A stretch of DNA of 64,000 bases from Amoebidium appalachense (lineage: Eukaryota > Protista > Ichthyosporea): assembly GCA_963693365.1 (NCBI GenBank), contig CAVNZM010000001.1, positions 62,001 to 126,000 on the forward strand. Reading direction: 5' to 3'. Below the pieces are notes generated by a model that was not told where the DNA came from, did not search any database, and worked only from the letters and a program-made list of their open reading frames with translations. The position numbers were made by a program, and so were the translations under genes. Numbering within the stretch: the stretch's first letter is position 1; each line of letters opens with the position of its first letter. Shown one piece after another: positions 47,489 through 61,312 of the stretch.

Positions 47489-49191
47489 GCTTCCGGGACC
47501 TCCCCGAGGGTGCCCCACCCTTGCTAACCACACCTTCCCCCGAGGCTCAGACCCGGAGGCCCGCCCGCTGCCCCAGCACCACATTGACACCTCCCGCCTC
47601 CGGGAGCTGCTGGCATCCTACCCAGACCAATCATTCGCCGCGCAGCTCCTCCACGATGTCGAATTCGGTGTCGACTACCGCGGCCCCTCCACCTCTCGGG
47701 TGGGCCCCAACCTACCCACCACCCCGGCTGCTGCCGCCGCTATCACGGCGGATATTGCCAACGAAGTCGCCCTCGGCCACCTGCTCGGCCCCCTCTCCCC
47801 GGACCAATTCTTCGCCGAATTTCCGGTCCACCGTTCCTCCCCCATCGGCGCCGTTACTAAAAAAGGGAACCCCCCAAGTACCGTCGAATTCACCACCTCT
47901 CATGGCCCCGGGGCAGCAGCGTCAACGACAGCGTCACCTACCCCGACGAACTTCAGTACATTCGAGCCCGGGACGTCACCCAGCTCATTCTCGACGCAGG
48001 CCCCGGCTGCTACATGGCCGTGGCAGACGTGCAGGCTGCCTCCCGGCACATGCCCATCCGACCAGAAGACCATCACTTAATGGCATTCAAATGGCAGGGG
48101 CATTTTTACGTTGACACCCGACTGCCCTTCGGCCTGAAATGTAGCCCAGCCATCTGGGAACGGATCGCGGCCACCCTCCAGTGGCTGGCACACCAGCACG
48201 GTGTTACCCTCATCCGCCACTACGTAGACGACTGGATTATAGCTGCCCCCACCCAAGAGCAGTGCCAACGTCACCTATCCACCTTCCTGCAACTCTGCCG
48301 AGAGCTGCACATTGCCATCTCCGAAGACAAGATGCAGGGCCCGGCTACCCGTATTGTCTTCATCAGTATCGAATTCGACTCCGTCACCATGGAGACACGG
48401 ATCCCTGCTTCCAAACTCTCGGACCTACTCGACCTCACTTCCCACCCAACACCCACCATCACCATTCGGGACCTGCAATCCCTCCTCGGAAAACTCACCT
48501 GGTGTGCCCAGGTGGTCCCCCCCGGGCGGGCCTTCTCCCAGCGCCTATGGGCCCTTCTCCGAAAACACCCACACCTTGCCGGGCACCACCACATACGGCT
48601 GTCTGCTGCCGCCCGGGCAGACATAACCGAATGGCACCAGTTCCTCACATCATGGAATGGGGTGCACCTTATCACCCCCCCCCCACATACACCACCCTGG
48701 CCACCGATGCTGCCGGATCCGTGGGTCTAGGGGGCCACTGGCTCGACCAATGGTTTTTCATGCCCTGGTCTCCCCCCACCCAAGCCCTCTATATGATAAG
48801 GGTAAACTCGGTTCCTCCGTCATCGAACTCTTGGCCATCGCAGCCGCCGTGGCCCTCTGGGCCCCCTCCTGGTCCACCCACCATGTCCGTATTTTACTAA
48901 TTGTATGCGACAACACGGGTGCTGTGTCTGACCTGCACTCCCGGTCTTCCCCCCACCCCGTGATGGCCAAACTTATTCGGTTCATCACCCGCATGGAAAT
49001 GCAATACCAATTCACATTACAGGCCTCCTACCTACCGGGACCCCTCAACCATCTAGCCGATGCCATTTCTCGTAACCAACTTCCCCGAGCCCGACGACTC
49101 CGACCTTCCCTGCAACCGGAGCCCTGCCCCTTCCCCTCCTGGATCCACGAGTTCCTATCCTATCCCCTGGGCTAACACCCCCCCCCCCCCC

Positions 49192-49949
49192 TGTTGGAGT
49201 ACACTGGTACTCCCGGCTAGCAATGTCTGTTAGAGAAAGTTTCTGAGCAATTGAATAATTGTTTCACTCGAGTGCATAGAGCTTTTGTTTACGGTCATAT
49301 TCATATATGGTAGTTATATGTTTGAGCCAAAACTGTACCAATGACGAGCTTCACCAGCAACGTGCTAATTGTGCTCATTAATTAATATTCCCGGTTCAGA
49401 TGATGTCATGTCTATATTTGCCACAGGATTCTATTCTTAGAGTGGTAGTGTGCTTTATTCCCGGATCTTCGCAGAATATTTTTAGTTGTGTGAAGAAAGA
49501 TTTACGTTTAACTGCAATTGGTGTGTTAAACACGTTTATTTGTGTGCTTTAGTGCAAGTTAACTAGCCACTCAACGTGCACAGTTAACTTTTATATCTTT
49601 AACGACTTGTTTTCATTGTGCTCTCTTTTCGGCCATGCTGTACATGGCCCACCACCAGGGTGCACACGAGGCCACCATGAGGTGGCCAACGACTATATAA
49701 AGCAGTGCCTCCCATGTCACAAACATGGGAAGCAGAACGTTTGATTTACACTTTTCTACTGTCGTTTTCAGTGCACAAAACACATAGACTAGTTACCCAT
49801 CATACACGACACTATGTCTGACAACTTACAGTTGCAGCAACTAGTCCAACTACTGGCGCAGAGGTTGGCCTCACAAGATGCAATCATTTATGACTTACAG
49901 AAGGAACAACGTGCACTAGAACTAGCTTCTATGAACACAATGTCCAACA
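49192..49949 (+). mobile_element. Solo LTR, family E (758 bp), inserted in the Ngaro poly-C tract
   Basis: Termini TGTTGGA...TCCAACA flanked by C runs; TATATAAA ~49694; ORF from ATG 49814 runs off the LTR end. Confidence 0.8.
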
Positions 49950-50229
49950 CCCCCCCCCCCCCCCCCCCATCTCCCCTTCCGGAGCAACGCCGGCAGATTG
50001 GCCCCCCACTTTGCTCCGGCCGAGCTGCTTCGAGCCACCACTACCCTGCAGGAATGCCAGGCCCTGAGTCTCAACCTCGACTCTCGGGCCTTTTACTCCC
50101 GGGTGCAAAAAGTGTTCATCGATTTTTGTGTGGCATCTCGGCTGCAGTCCTCCTCCGGGTCCTACCTCCCGGCCTCCCCACACACCGTGCAGCTCTTTCT
50201 CGCCTGGTGTGCCCAACGAGGGGTACAGG

Positions 50230-50961
50230 TGTCATCTTCCCATGATTATCGGCAAGACTTAGAAGTTGAGTTTTATATATGTTTATTAGTTTGTTGTAGT
50301 TTGTTTCCTTTTCCCTTTTCCTTTCTTCCTTTCTTTCTTTCCTTTCTGTTTCCGTGTACACCGATATTATCTTAGATCTGTGTACACATCGAGATATTTA
50401 GCTCACGCACACGTATTGTCGTTTGTGTAAATATCTAAATATGTCGTCCAATCAGATCTCGTTGTATTTTCCCAAATATAGTAACTTACATTCCTTTCCC
50501 ATTCCTTTCCCTTCTTTTCTCACGACGTAGCATTGTGCTATGATGTTCCCCAACTATTAGGAATACTTATATTTAGACGTGTTATGTTAAGAACATGTAT
50601 AAATGTATGATGTGAACTAATAGTGACATAAGTGGTTTCATTTTGTTAAATGTTTCCGTGCTTTTATTAGAAGATTACTTTCATTAGACGATTGCGTTTT
50701 GTCTTCTATGTGTCGACAGACATTTCGATCGATATATTTTACACTCATCATTTTGTTACTTTGATTGGTTTATCGATTTCACATTCCCAAGTATAAAAGG
50801 GACTTTATCTTGAAATAAATATCAAGCAGTCGAATCATTTCCTATGGCCCCAGTAATCGTTCCACCTCTCCGGTTGTGTTTCTCCCGTGTGTCTCTGTGT
50901 TGTGTGTAACATAACACCCATCTGTGCACTCTGCTTCCCCGTTTACCCACACAAAACAACA
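50230..50961 (+). mobile_element. Copia solo LTR, variant B'
   Basis: TGTCATC...AACAACA; TSD ACAGG within the YR ORF. Confidence 0.92.
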
Positions 50962-52723
50962 ACAGGCCTCTTCCTTGGCCGGCTACAATTCGGCCATCAC
51001 CAGACTCCACCTCGACATGGGCCTCCCTGCTCCCTTCCCCACGACAAGTCTCTGGCCTGGTTCCTACGAGGGGTGGGCAGATGGCAGCTTTCTCACAACA
51101 TCCGACCCCGATCATCCACCAGGGAGCCCCTCGTGCCCTCCCACCTCAGCCAACTCCATGGCCAGTGCCCCACCAAGGCCTCATCGGCCAATCTCCGGCT
51201 ATGGACGGCCCTCATCGTCGGTTTCTGTGGTCTCCTCCGTTTGGGGGAATTTACCTCCAAGACCCTGACTTCCTTCGACCCGTCCCGTCACGTTAAACGG
51301 AAGGACGTGACCTTTAGCTACACCCCCACCGGTACTTTGTCCCATGCCACCCTCCACCTGCCAACCTCCAAGACAGATGTACATTCCCGAGGTGTCAACG
51401 TCACTCTAGCTGCCCTGCCCCTCACCCACTTCTCCCCAGCCCATCTCCTCCGGCAGTTCCTGGATACAACGTCCGGTCAACCCGACGACCCCCTGTTCAG
51501 TCTCGGTGGCATTCCCTACACCAAGGGTGCGTTCTCTGCCGACTTCCGTGCCCTCCTCTCCCGGGCAGGTCTCTCACCCTCCCGGTTTGCCGGCCACAGC
51601 CTCCGAATAGGGGGGGCCACAGCCCTGGCTGAGGCCGGGGTCGACGACTCCCGGATCAAACAACTCGGCAGATGGTCCTCTAACTGTTTCCTGATCTATA
51701 CCCGACTTCGCCCAGCCTCCATTGCTGCCACTACCACACGTGTATTCGCCTCTATTCTTAAGTGAAACCTTTGGAGCAAGCATACTGCTCTGGTGCCGTG
51801 GTTTACAACCATTGCAGGTTCACTTTCGTCCAAGGGGATGTCCCCCTAGAGGCAACACACGTCCCGGAGTAGTTTTCATAGAGGTTTTATTTGTGGAGTT
51901 TTATTGACATAAATATTTTTCTGGGTAAACACGTAGGATGGGTGTCCGATATCAACATAACCATGTAGGCTTCGTTTCGTGTTTTAGCAGCTCGCGTTCG
52001 GCTGCCCGCATACGGGCACCTATTAGCCGATCAAAACGTCAGATTCCACAGATCACTAGACCGATTTTGATTGGCTCAGGATCAGATTTCACATAACACT
52101 AGATTGATTTTGATTGGCTCAGATCGGTAGCCTTAGGTATATAAGCACGACAGTTTTTAGCAGATCAGCAAGCAACAGACACATCTTCTGTGTTTAGCAC
52201 CTACAGCTTTACAGCTATAATTTCTTTTCACCCACCCACCTACACCCAACACTCAACCCCCATTGATCCACACATACGTGCTGTTTTTTCACGGGGCAAA
52301 GACTTCAAACGTTTTTTGGGCACAAGGACCTCACGGATCAATAAATTGATGACTGGGGGCTTGCCGTGGTTTACAACCATTGCAGGTTCACTTTCGTCCA
52401 AGGGAATGTCCCCCTAGAGGCAACACACGTCCCGGAGTAGTTTTTCATAGAACAAAAAAAAACCGGGAACCCCATTTAATTGATTTTTCTTAGTCTTTAT
52501 GGTGTCTCACGAGAAAGTAAACCCTTATATATAATCATCACCCGACAGCTATGTACGTGATCATGATATACCGCTAAGGGGATATTCCGAGCAAAAACCC
52601 CCCATACCTGAGACTGGTCTCTCTTTGCCTCGAGTAAACAGCGTAAACCCCTTTCAAACCTCATATATGTATATGTGCTAATAGTTCACACAATGTATTC
52701 ATTTCTCATAAAGAAACACGTCA

Positions 52724-52773
<50 letters not shown>

Positions 52774-53870
52774 CTGCGTACATGTACATGTGTGTGTACG
52801 TGTACATGTGTGTGTCCGCACTCGTTTGGGCATGCGTGTTTTTGTGTGTTTGGGCAAGTTGTTCCTCAGTGCCGTCTAATATGGTCCATTTTGGTAAACG
52901 GTGGATCCGGATGTACACGCATCTTCAGCATTTCAATGTGGGCATGCTTTACCACCATTTTTAATATTTGCATGTTCATTTAATTTCACGTTGACATCAC
53001 ATGATATCCGAGCAATACTGGTGGTATGAATTGTTGAGAGTCAAGGTTTACAAGCACTCGCCATGGCTTTTGGCGGCTGCACGGAGCTCACTTAGAAAAT
53101 TGATGTGAGCCATGGAAATGCACAATACTGAGGTAATATATTTGGCCATACTGAGCATGGAAATATGTCGGGCTAAGAAAAAAGAAAAACCAATGGCGTT
53201 GGAAAAGAAGGAAGGCTTAACGGGAAAGGAAAGAAAGAACAGGTAGGGTGAAATGAGCGAGTATGGGCTGTTAGTTTGCAACCATGGCTCATAAAACAAA
53301 AGGGAGCCATAAACATAGCCTTTTTGCATGTCCACACATTGTAGCATTCCAAATGTACGACCCCTTAGAAAGCACTCGGGATAGATCTCGGTCAGGAGGG
53401 TGTTTGCACAGTCACCTACTGCTGGAATCGCTACACGTCATCAGCTTCATCCCTCAACACTGACGGCTTACTTAGACCTTCCAGACACTCCTGCGGGGTC
53501 CAGCCATGAGTCCAATCAGTCAAGACCAGTCGTGGGTACCGTAAAAATTACAATGAACAGCAGGTTAGCCCACGTGACCTTACGTTTGGGAACACCAAAC
53601 TATTGCTAGCATTTGGAATTGTTCAGTGACCATTCAATGAATGTCAAATCTTTATGTACACACATATACTTAAACGTGATCGTTGCGCTCCACATTTCAG
53701 TAGGAAAATGCACCGCCTCCTTGTAGAGGAACTAACCAAAGATGGAACATCTCGATGTCACACCTTATAAAGTAATGTCCACCAACAGGAAGCCGCAAAT
53801 ATGGGAATAACAAGCCAACATGCTCGATTAAAAAAGCGACCCAAAAGCAGAACAAAGTCAGTAACTTACG

Positions 53871-54388
53871 GTAACTTAGGGGGTGGATTTTCGCTACAAA
53901 TTGGGGGGGCCCAATCGACCAGATCAACCAATTAACGTCTGCTGGTGGTCTAAAATGACGGATTCGAGGTTTTTTTGCTAAACTGTCAAATTCTCAACGC
54001 TAGTTTCTCAGAGAGCGAGGTAGACAACCCGAGATGAAAATAAAAACTCAATAACAAAGTAGGGGGTGTTTGGTTAATTTGAAAAGGTTGCATCCTTTAT
54101 AATTGATTCTACCCTCTGTATAATTGCTCATGCTAAGAAGGGCAGAAAGGGTAAAACGAAAATTTCCCAGGGAGCCTCCTTTTCAAATGACCCCCACTTT
54201 ATAATAGAAATCCCAATCCCTTCTTCGGTTCTCCACCTCGTTCTCTGAGGAACTAGCATTGAAAATCTGACAGTTTGGGACAAAAGCCTCGAATCCGACA
54301 ATTTCAGTCCAATTGCAGATTTGAATTTGGTCGATCTGTACGATTCGATCCCCCCAAATTTCTAGCGAAAATCCATCCCCTGAGTTAC
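53871..54388. mobile_element. Foldback/MITE-like element with long imperfect inverted arms
   Basis: GTAACTTAGGGGGTGGATTTTCGCTA pairs with TAGCGAAAATCCATCCCCTGAGTTAC. Complementarity continues inward for roughly 200 bp. No clear TSD. Confidence 0.65.
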
Positions 54389-54903
54389 ATTAACTGACCA
54401 CGTCAATCCTGACGTCATAATGAGGTCTGAGGGTCATTATGACGTCACGTGCGAAATGCCGGCTTCGGCCATAAAAGTTTTGCCCCCACGACAATGAATA
54501 GATCGTGGCTTGCTGAGATTTAAACATTTCTTGATTGGGCCCACATGTGCTAACATGGGTGAGATCTGCAAAGTAAGATGTCTCCAACAGGGCATGGCGG
54601 TGATTGATTTATTATATGCATGATCTTGGCTAAATTAGCGCCCCTTTGCAGAGCAATGGTTGTCTCCTATGGTAACGCCACCTCGATTCGGATAGGTGAA
54701 AACTAGCACAGGAAAGACGAACCACACAGACCACTCAACACGGTCCCTTTTGATTAATCCCTGAAAGTCCACATTGGACGCATCCACATAGAACACTCAA
54801 TTTCACAGGTACACATATTACAGAGATGACCTTCTTTTCTTATTAATCAATGTCGATTTCATGTTCTTTGTGAGGGCGGGGGGGGGGGGGGGGGGGGAGA
54901 GAG

Positions 54904-55004
<101 letters not shown>

Positions 55005-55108
55005 GGAAAACAAGTTTTCTTGTTTTTTTTTCTTTTTTCTTCTCTCTCCTTTTTTTTTTGCGCGGGGGTTGTTGTTGTGGTGGTTGTAGTGGGGTGTGTG
55101 GGTGTGTG

Positions 55109-55145
<37 letters not shown>

Positions 55146-55370
55146 GATGGATGCATTAGAGGATAGGAATTATAAATGTGGAGACACCAAAACACAAACC
55201 ACAACGTCACTAACATACAGAAACCAGGGAGAACAAAGAAAAAAACGGAAAAAAGGGCAAGAGACACATGGGACTAGAGCTCCATAGCCAATCGTCAAGT
55301 TTCAAGCAACCACACACAGTTCTCAAGAGATGCTGCAACAGATAAGGCTGTGGCAGGCAGGAACACATAC

Positions 55371-57734
55371 CCTGACGGCCTGCATGGCTTTCTTGCCCAA
55401 GTCGTTGTTGGACAGGTCCAGCAGCTTCAGCTGTGGCTTCGTGGGCAGCATGCCAACCAGCGGACGTTTGACCCCTCGCTCGGCATCATTGCCGGATAGA
55501 TTCAGCTCCTGTGACCAGCAAATGTGGTTACCGCATGACAAAACAAGGGCCACGGGAAGGAAAAGAGGGAGGGTGTAAGGGGGGGTGTAGACACGTAATG
55601 GTGTTACGTCCCGTTTAAGTGATCTACTTGAAAATACCTCCTCTGCTGATGTATCAAGATGTAATAAGGTGATACAAGGCCCAAGCCTGCATGCCCGCAA
55701 GCATACATACATGCATACATGCAATCATACACACGATTAAGCATGCCCACATGCCTGCATGTATGCATTCATGCATGCATGTACGACACATGCATATGCA
55801 TGCATGCACAAACACAATGACATAAAAGATTGTAGAATGTGGAGAAAGAGGGGGTGCCGCGGGAAGGGGGGGGGGGGGGGGGGGGGGTACCTCCAGGGCA
55901 GTATGTCCGGTACTGAGGGCTCGGCAGACCGCTGCAGTGCCATCAGTCTCCATCAGGCAGTCGCCAAAGTCAAGCCGCCTGAGCTGCTGGCATGCAGGCA
56001 ACGCTGCAGACATAGCCTCAGCCCCCTCGACGTTGAACACATTGTCGTTGAGATCAAGCACGCACAGAGAGGGGTTGGCCCCTACTGCTTGTGCAAGCGC
56101 GGATATGCCCTTTCCACGAATACCATTTTGCGGCATGGCAATTTCCTGATTGTATGTTTGTACGTGCATGTGTGTATAAGGGCATGCTTACATGTGTGTG
56201 TATGTGGTGAGTGATCGTGTGCATGTGCATGTGCGTGTGCGTGTGCATGTGCGCATGTGTGTGTGTGAGTGGGAATGCATGTGTGTATGTGTGTGTTTGT
56301 AAGTATGTGTGTGTGTGTCTGTGTGTGATGTGTTGCACTTGTGTGTGCGCGTTTGCGCGCACGTGTGTGTGTGTGTGTCCGTATGTGCGTAAGCATGCGC
56401 GGGGTGTGCTTTATGTGTGCATGGATGTGGATATGTGGGGATGTGTGGTGTATGTGTGTGTGGCGTGATGACGCGCATCCTAGTCAACGTGGGCTTTCAC
56501 CCGTGTGTATGCTTGCCAGGGCGCTCGGGTTTGTGTATGTTAGTGTGTGGGTAGGTAATATTTGCCTGCCTACAACTAAATGAGGGGTTGTTAGTTTTAT
56601 ACAGTTGATATGGTCCCGAGGAATCCATTATTGAATTCTTACTTGGACAAAACATGAGCAAGCCAAGCTGTCGGCAAGCAGCCGCCATGCCTCAAGGCAG
56701 TCATGTGTTCCTAGGAATAATCCTAGAGTGCAAACACATTGTTCCGAGCCTCCTGGCCAGTTTATGAGGTCATATATATCTGGATCTGAGCCAATAATCA
56801 GTTGCGATCGCTCGAAACTCGGTGCTCAGCTGACACTCAACCTAGTTTTAGCCAAACAGTGCTCATTGTCATGAGTTCATTTGTCGTACACTCTTCCTAT
56901 CAACCAAAAATAGGGTACATCACCACGACCTGTAGTGCAAGATAACCTGTGATCACAATATTCATGCAAACAACACATCCTGTGCAGGTCGTGTGCATAG
57001 TGAGCATGCCCATCTGGACCATGCCACTCACCTTCAGTGTGCCGATAGTCTTGAATGCCCCTGCAAGTGCCTCGGCACCCTCCGCCTCCAGGCGGTTGCG
57101 TCCAGCATGGAAGGCCTGCAGGTAACGGTTCGGTGTGCAATTATTAATATAAGCAGAAAAATATTTTTTCCTTTCCTTTTTTTTTTTTTTTTTTTTTTGG
57201 GGGGGGGGGGGGGGGATGTTGGTGCGCATCTTGCCAATCACAAAGCACAAATTGCTTTCGGGTCTGACCCGACACAGATTTCTAAAAGAATGAGGAAGGT
57301 TGGCAGCTTATGCATGTGTAAGGGCGCATGTGGGCCAGTGTGTTCTTGTGTGAGTGCGGCGCTTGGGTGTTGTTTTGAGTGTGTCGGTGCATGTGTCAGT
57401 ATGCTGGCGGCCACATCTGCAGGAAGAGCAGGGGCTGCCTGTCCATGGGCAGGTGTGTGTTTTTGTGTGTGCATTGGGGGGAGAGAGGGGGAGGGGGGAG
57501 GGGGGGGGGGGGGGGGGGAGGGGGTATGCATCAAAGGGTTGGAAATATGGAGGAGACATCAAAAGACAAAACACAAAATCTCACAAAACCCGGAGATAAA
57601 CCTCAAAACAAAACTTGCAGGTACATAGAAGACAATCGAGCAGCGCCCATCATCAGCGGGTTCCTATGCCTCCAAAAAAAATGGGTGTCGACTCATATTC
57701 TTGTGTGTGGTTCCCAACCCATCCTTTGTTTCAT

Positions 57735-57768
<34 letters not shown>

Positions 57769-58895
57769 GGGGGGGGGAGGCATTTGTAATCCATTCTCCT
57801 GTGGTGTTTGTTGGCACATACGTGAGCAAATCGAAGATCAAAAACAAAAAAAAAGGTCAGCCTACTTCAAGTTTGCACTGTTGCCCGTCTGCCCTTGCCT
57901 TTTCAACTGCTCGATGAAGCGCCACTGTGTGTCATGGTGTCATTATAGAAACATTCAGTATAGAAACATTAACGATTGTTATTATGATCACATAAAAAAG
58001 AGCATGCAACAATTGTTGGCTGTTGGCACTGACTGCCCTGCCACTCGCACTGAGCAGCAGCCATGCAGCAGGCACATTTAGACAACCTCCATTACTGTGC
58101 TTCAACAACTAGCTGCACATCAAGTGTTTGTGTGCGCGACTGAATGAGGGCACATGAGCACCCGAATTGCTGCAAGGAGTGTGATGGTAAAAAAACGACA
58201 ATCAAGGTGTGCTGTATGTGTGCGTGCATCATTGTAACCGTGCTCAAGTCAGCACTGTGTGTGAACGATTAGTATGCACTGACGTGTGCATCTTGTGTTC
58301 CCATTGTCTGTTCATCATGCATTTATGTGGTGTATAAGACACAGCATGCATCGTAAACATGTGTGCATGCGTAAACCTTTTAATTTAAAACTTGTAAAGC
58401 TGTTTAACAAATGAAAAGAGTTGTTCATTTTCCTAAGTGCTGATGTATCAGTATGTGGTGATTTTAACATCAGTGTCTGCACACATATTGTGCTCATGTG
58501 AGCATGGAAATGTCAGGTCACAGTATCTACATTAGTAAACATGTATCTTTAATCCCGCTTACTTATGCATTTCGGTGGCTGTGACATTGCACACAAGTAT
58601 ATGTATAACTGCCGCTCTTGCCTGTCTGAATGTATGGTGCAATGTTTTGTGCACATGTATGTGCCGGCGTGTATGTGCCATCATCTGCATCTGTCAAAGT
58701 ACGTGTGCTTGGGTTGGTCCATAAAGGGGTGTTGGCCAGGGAACCCTTACGGTTCCCCAAGCCTGCAAGCAAAGGAAGCTGGGGGGGATGGGTGGATGAA
58801 GGGATGACGGGATCAAGGGATGAAGGGATGAGAAGGGTGGGTGGGTGGTGGTGGTGGTGGTGGCGGCGGCGTGTGTGTTTGTGTGTGTGTGTGTA

Positions 58896-58943
<48 letters not shown>

Positions 58944-59179
58944 AAATACTTGCAAGGTGCTTGCCACCAGCGATTCCCAAGCCATTGTTTACGAATCTGA
59001 GGACCTTGGTTTTTATGGATTAGTGAGCATAGGGTCTCCTGATGACTGAAACAGAGGTGCATGTGGTGACTGAAACAGAGGTGCATGAGGAGTGGCTCGG
59101 TGTTGAGTTCAACCTCTAAATGCAGCCATGCTTCTTTCTGTGCTGTGTGGCCGGGGGACGGGGTGGGGCTTGGGTGGTT

Positions 59180-59227
<48 letters not shown>

Positions 59228-60096
59228 TAGCAGGAAAGGCGGAGCAACATTATGACACATCAGTTCTTTTAACAGAAGGATTGATCTTCGGTACAGGGTG
59301 AAAAACACTTGAGGCTCTCAAGGGGACGGAGGCCACTCATAAAAAGCTGAAGAGAAAAGGCTGGGATGTAGCCGATCCAAGGGCCTGGTGCATGCGCAGA
59401 GTGGCAAAGGTACACAGAGTAATCGGGCAGCAACTCTGGTGTTCTGGCGATGTATGAGATAGATAGAGGACAGAGGGTGCCCCAGGGGGGGAGGGGGGGG
59501 GGGGGGGGGGGGGGGGATGTGTTAAAAAGTACGAAGTACATATTTATGACGGACAGCACAATGCAGAGTGCAAAGCCACACAGAAACAGCAGGCATCATA
59601 CGGAGAACCCATTCTGGAAGGGGGGGGGGGGGGGGGGGGGGGGGGGGTTTCGAGATATGCAAAATACATGTGGGTGGGAGGGCTGATGTGTGCATTAGAG
59701 GGTTGGAATAATGGAAGAGAGACACAAAACACAAAAGGGGGGAGGGGATAGAGGGATAATTCTATTGGGTGCAGTTGGCACATGGGTTGGTCTCGCAGCA
59801 GAAGTTATATATGTTGTAAAAGGGTTGATTTGAAGAGATGGGGGGAAGAGGGCAAGTATACATACCCGAATGTGATAGTTGTGGGAAATGAGTGCAGAGA
59901 TTGCTTCGGCACCTGTTGGGCTGAAGGCATTGTCGCTGAAATCCAGCACCCGCAAATTGCACATCCCCCTGTGAGGGGAGGGAAGGTCAGTGGGCTGCTA
60001 CCAAGATGACACACGAACCACACCCGACCCATGGCACTCCTTTCCATTTTCGTGAACGAGAAACTAACCTTCCTCGTCTCTTACAACCGATCCCCC

Positions 60097-60127
<31 letters not shown>

Positions 60128-60349
60128 ACACCCACCCACCCAAATTAATCCCCTATTCCAGATACTCATGTACCATCCTTTGCTCTGTTCCCTCATGCCT
60201 GGCAATCATTTCTTGCTGTGGTCTAGCATAAAGTTGCGACAGCATCTACCATACCCCTTCCTCGGTGACTTTGTTAGCACCAAACACACCTCATCACCAG
60301 TATACTTACAGGTAGTTTACGAGCTTGTTTGCAACAGATGATATGGTGT

Positions 60350-60380
<31 letters not shown>

Positions 60381-61271
60381 GGGGGGGGGGATATATGCAT
60401 CAGAAGGTTGTAAGTATGGAGGAGGAAACACTAAAGAGAAAACACAAGACGTACGGGCGCGCAGGGGGAGGGGGGGGGGGGGGGGGGGGGGGGAGGGGGG
60501 AGGGGGGAGGGAGTATGCGTTAGAGGGTTGGAAATATGGAGGAGACACGAAAGGACATAATCCAAAAAATCACAAAAATGAAAAAAAGGCCCGGAAAGCA
60601 TAACAATTTGAGCGTGCAGGCAGAAGACACTTGAACAGAGCCCATTGTCGGGGGGTTCCTATTCCTCCACAAAAGAATGGGTTTCGGGGGAGGTTCCAAG
60701 GGAAGAGCTGCACACATGAATGCGTCACCAAATGCTGAGACTGACTGGGGAATTTCAAGAAGCAGGCGACCCGTGAAGATGTCGCTTAGATCGGCAACCT
60801 GTGGAGAATGACGTCAGCAATGGGTACATGAAGTATGCAAGTGGTGCATGCAGAGAGGAACACATACTACCTAGTGAAAATGTGAGTAGGAAAGAGAACA
60901 TAAGAAAGGCTACACAGGAGATGCGTGATTGTTAGATTACCTGGAGCGTGTGGGATGTGCATGCATCGATGCAGAGTGTTACAATGGCCAGTGCAATGAC
61001 AAGAAAGCAATGTCCTGGTGTTCATTGAGCATGAGAGGTGTGGGCCCCCTTGAGCAAGTTTGACCATAAAATCATTAGATGAACCTATATATGGCCATAG
61101 CTTCTGTTTTTTTTTTTTTTTTTTTTTTTTTTTCTTTTTTTTTGGGGGGGGGGGGGGGGTAGTTAAGAACGTGGGAGAGAGTGCCGATTTTTAAATTTTT
61201 TTTTCTCGCACAAGGGGGCATAATGAATCAAGAATTTTGCTACATAAATGTAGCGCCTTTTTGTTTTTTTT

Positions 61272-61312
<41 letters not shown>

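Larger units (their letters stand above)
35976..52451 (+). mobile_element. Ngaro copy 6, full length but degenerate and split by four LTR insertions
   Basis: A1 35976-36324; gag pieces 36356-36392, 39948-40092, 46074-47065; pol 47551-49175 (frameshifts); YR 49970-50229 and 50962-51765; B1, A2 (51883-52229), B2 to 52451. Removing the inserts at their TSDs restores the sequence. Confidence 0.92.
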
